From the NCBI GenBank assembly GCA_905178155.1, contig CAJINV010000013.1, positions 1,616,281 to 1,680,280 of the forward strand: a DNA stretch of 64,000 bases, read 5' to 3'. The stretch comes from Amoebophrya sp. A120. Lineage: Eukaryota; Protista; Dinoflagellata. Both the position numbers and the translations under genes were made by a program. The notes under the pieces were generated by a model, which searched no databases, was not told where the DNA came from, and saw only the letters and a program-made list of their open reading frames with translations. Shown piece by piece: positions 60,429 through 64,000 of the stretch; positions within the stretch are counted from its first letter, which is position 1, and the number at the start of each line of letters is the position of its first letter.

Positions 60429-63400
60429 CTTGTGTGAATTCTGCGACTACTAAGATGAAAGTTGATTACGAAAGTGAAGAAAGTATGAAGGGTGTTGCAA
60501 TGCTATTGCTGACTGTTCCTTATCCTGTTAGTGCTACAACAAGGTAAGTACATAGGTATTTTAAAAATCTTTCAAAATTAATTTTGTTGTTACGTCGTCC
60601 ACGGGACCCGTTTCAAATTCGTCACAACTGTGCGCTGCTTTCATGATGAGTTCGGGTGGTCAGGGTGGTCAAACAAGAATTTATTCGTACTATCACACAG
60701 CGTAGTCGAAGAACGAACAAGACTGCGACGATTTGGACGATCGGGGGACAAGGAGCTACTCCTACGTGTGGAGAACGAAAGACGAAACATAACGTCTGGG
60801 TCTGCATCTCAGATAACCTGTAGTTGAAACGAACAAAAAAAGCGCATTTACTTATATTCTTGTCAAACACGACGTCGGCACGAACGGACTGCCACGACAA
60901 AGCACGATGACGAGTCCATTGAGAACGTTAAACTTTGAACTTTTCGGAGGCTCACCAAAACGGACATTTGTGTCCGTGCTCGGAAAGGACGGATCATTAG
61001 TATGCTTTCTTTCAGGCGAACAAAAACGATCTTTTTCTCCGCAAGCAGAGTTATTTGAGACATCTACTCAGCCGTGAAGGCAACTTGTTTCGACCAGGAC
61101 AATTTCATACCTCTCTCGCCCTTCTCATGCCTGCTGGCGCCGGCCGCGCAGTCGCTACTGTACAAGTTTTTATCCGATTCAATCGTAGTACGTCAAATTT
61201 TACACATTTTTCCCGATGAAGTAATCCAATACGAAATGCGAACTGGAATTGTTCAGGAGGAACTTCTTACACAACTTCATCCCAAAGGTGAGTGTTCGTG
61301 TTGTTCCTGTCGTCAATCCTACAGCAAAAAGTTCTGCAATCGTTTTAGTACAGTTAGTTTTTTCATTGAGAAATATTTTCACCACAGAAGAACAAATTGT
61401 CCGACACTTTTTCCTCTTTTTACAAGCGTCGTAAATCGTAATCATCTGCTCGCTTCGACGTTTTCCCAAACTCGATGTCGTACTCCAACAGAACCCGCCC
61501 TACGCAAGCTTGTTCATCAGGAGGGCACGTATGCTGTGATAAACCCCTGAGGCATCATCATCAAATTACCTCGTTTCTGCACATCATGCGCATCCTTGTC
61601 AACATCACTGTCCCAGCTGCTGAAGTTTCGCTGAGCAAAACAGAATCAGAAACGCTCCTCATTTTGCACAAATATAAACGGGCAGAGCGCCTAATTTGAT
61701 TTTCCGATGACAAGGGTTAATAGAATCTTCCGGCGTACGCTGACTGGCCGAATGCTTGAGTACTGGCGGCCCGCGGTCCAGAAACTGGGCTCTTCCCACC
61801 GCCGAGTAGGTTCTCGTCAGCCGTGCGAGGAAATCAGACGGAAAAATCAAGACACTGAACACCAGCAAGCCAAAATACCCCATGCAAAGTTCTGATGCTA
61901 CGTGCAACGCAAATGGATGCAGTTACGAGAAGTGAAGAAATAAACAATCTTCATTTCGTTGTCTGTCGCAACGAATGCGGCATGCTGCTTCAAAAAGCAG
62001 ATTCTTTTCGACGCAGACCCGCTGAGATTATTGGCTGCATCCAGTTATTGGTTTTTAGAGCAACTGCAACTCTGTCACCGTTAAGCAACTACTCCGGTAA
62101 GAAAAGTGCTTTTTGGTACTTATGGTGTCCTGGCTGCAATTTTCCATCTGATAGACTGGCTCCGAGTCACGCAGTCCGGCGGCGCGCAGCGGATAATCGT
62201 AGGGTCGCTGGGGAAACCGAATTTTGTTTCTCGGTAGTATGAAGTCGTAGTAATGGGTTCGATGCATTTTTGCGTGTTCATCTTCATCCGTAAGTAATCT
62301 ACTTGACATACACGTGAACTTGCTCATGCACGCCGGATCTCCGGTGTTACAGAAATAGGTGCATGCACCAGGAATTTTTTTGCCTGGACCCAGAACCAGC
62401 TGCCCGAGTTACGATTGACAAATAAAACTCTTGCTAGCGAAAAAATTGTGGGTCAGGAACGGAGTGTGGCCAAAAAAGTAGTTTCTCTTTGATTTCGTTT
62501 TCCTGCATCGAACTGAAAAAACTCCATGCATTCCGCGGATACTCTCGACGTCGTAGGGATCTTGAAACCCGTTTTTGTTGAACCTGTGGTCAAAATGCTG
62601 ATGACATGATGGTGCTGACATGATGGTGTATGAAATTTACCAGTGTTCACCCGCATGATAAGTCGCATGATTTGGATTATTTTTTCGTACGGTAGTCATA
62701 AAAGAAAAATTGCGAAAAATTCATACCAGCTCCAATTCCCGTCCTTCCTCCACATTCCGATTTGGTCCCGGCTCGTTACTGCCAACTTCTCGGCTTTGAT
62801 GAGCGCCTCCCCGCGCACGAGGTCCCACCCGACAGGGTCGAAAGCCCGACCCTGTTTCAGCTGAAACGTCATTTTGGTGTAGTTTTATGTCGAGATGAGT
62901 TCTTCTTCTTACGTTTCCTGCGTTGCTATACGACTTCAACGTTCTTGCCCTGTCGCCAAGAATCAAACAGTGCCTTTCCGTCTACGCTTGTTGTAGCAGG
63001 TGAGTTTTACCAGTAGGAAAAAGTAGGTTTCGCAGTAAAGCTCTCTATTCCGCCCAAATTCCTATGCGATACACGATTTTTGCCTACGACAAGAAGGATC
63101 CGAAATGAATGCCGAGGCGTCAAAACAACAGCATCCTCACACAAATGAACGAATAGTATCGACCAGGAATCGATAATGTCGAAGATTCACGTCAAGATGG
63201 CAATACGCGTGGCAGGGCCTGTGCCAGTTTCTACGTAATTCGACGGAGGTGTCGTGCACTTTACAGATGCTACATTGTACTCCTACCACAGACAATTTCT
63301 ACAGTACCGACCTCTACGCTAATTCGCTCTGGCAGCTCGCTTGGAAAACAGCGCTCACCATTCGTCTGCACACCGATCTTCATCGGTATAATTCATATGC

Positions 63401-63749
63401 CATACGTCCGCGATCCAGAAAGCGAAAACGACTTACTTGTGGAACAGCAAAATTCCGGTATCGACTTTATTCCCAAAGACAAACTGCGACATGATTTGTT
63501 TCTCTTCGGGCACTATGCACTGCTCTGAGTTCTCCTCATGTACTCCTTTCTTCGACGTCGCAGTACTATGTAGCTTGTGTAGCTCCAGAGATCGATGTCG
63601 GCAGCGAAGATGAAGAAAAAAAATGGCCATACATCGCAACTCGCTCCGTCCTCCCTTCTCCACGTGATGTTGACGTCGCCGAGACCACTCTTAAAGCTTG
63701 TCAACTCGGCTTTGTCGACCGTCGACTGCAACAAACTAGGGACCACTAC

Positions 63750-64000
63750 TTACTTTTTCCCTTTCCTAGTAACCGCGTGCTTCAATGTTTCGCGCAAAAA
63801 CGCCGCCTCCGTGCCCGTGCGCTCCGCTTGTTTCCAGTCCGCAAAGTGGATTTCCGCTACAGTCCACCCCAAGCTTTCCAGGCATCTGGTGCGGAACGCG
63901 CTCGACCCGGTAGTCACCGCGTGCCGCCGGGAAACTAACGAAGAAGATCGCGGCAAGTGGCGCAGCTCGTGTTTCTCTTCCCGGTGCTGGTCTTGTTGTT
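63750..64000 (-). CDS. RAP-domain protein, 3' end
   Basis: TGSSAFRTRCLESLGWTVAEIHFADW matches the RAP domain C-terminal motif. Confidence 0.75.
   Translation of the reverse strand, partial: QQDQHREEKHELRHLPRSSSLVSRRHAVTTGSSAFRTRCLESLGWTVAEIHFADWKQAERTGTEAAFLRETLKHAVTRKGKK

Noticed and set aside
60600-63700. Short ORFs between bestrophin and the RAP gene
   Set aside because: No recognisable domains or convincing exon chain. A small spliced gene cannot be excluded.

Overview
This is a eukaryotic, intron-rich, gene-dense window. Every host gene between about 5.5 kb and 64 kb lies on the minus strand. That co-orientation, the RAP/helical-repeat and PAN-domain genes, and the many non-GT-AG introns point by inference to a parasitic dinoflagellate/alveolate (Amoebophrya-like, Syndiniales). 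The first 5.5 kb hold the 3' part of a Ty1/copia retrotransposon, an assembly gap (N at 2969), and an aberrant derivative bounded by inverted LTRs. The main signal is a set of about 22 MITE-like introners, mostly 210-390 bp. They nearly all have TAT...ATA termini, family-specific terminal inverted repeats (TIRs) and a 5-bp target duplication (TSD), and they sit inside coding sequence. In every case checked by hand, removing the element plus exactly 5 nt rejoins two broken ORFs in frame, usually without GT-AG ends. One family appears in both orientations. Applying this rule rebuilds a ~3100-aa PAN/Cys-rich type I membrane protein (17830-31749), a DUF726 lipase-like protein with an inserted jacalin-like domain, an HPR/OPR-like repeat protein, RCC1, GT47/exostosin, WD40 and bestrophin genes. 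COG8 and a RAP-domain 3' end are also present.
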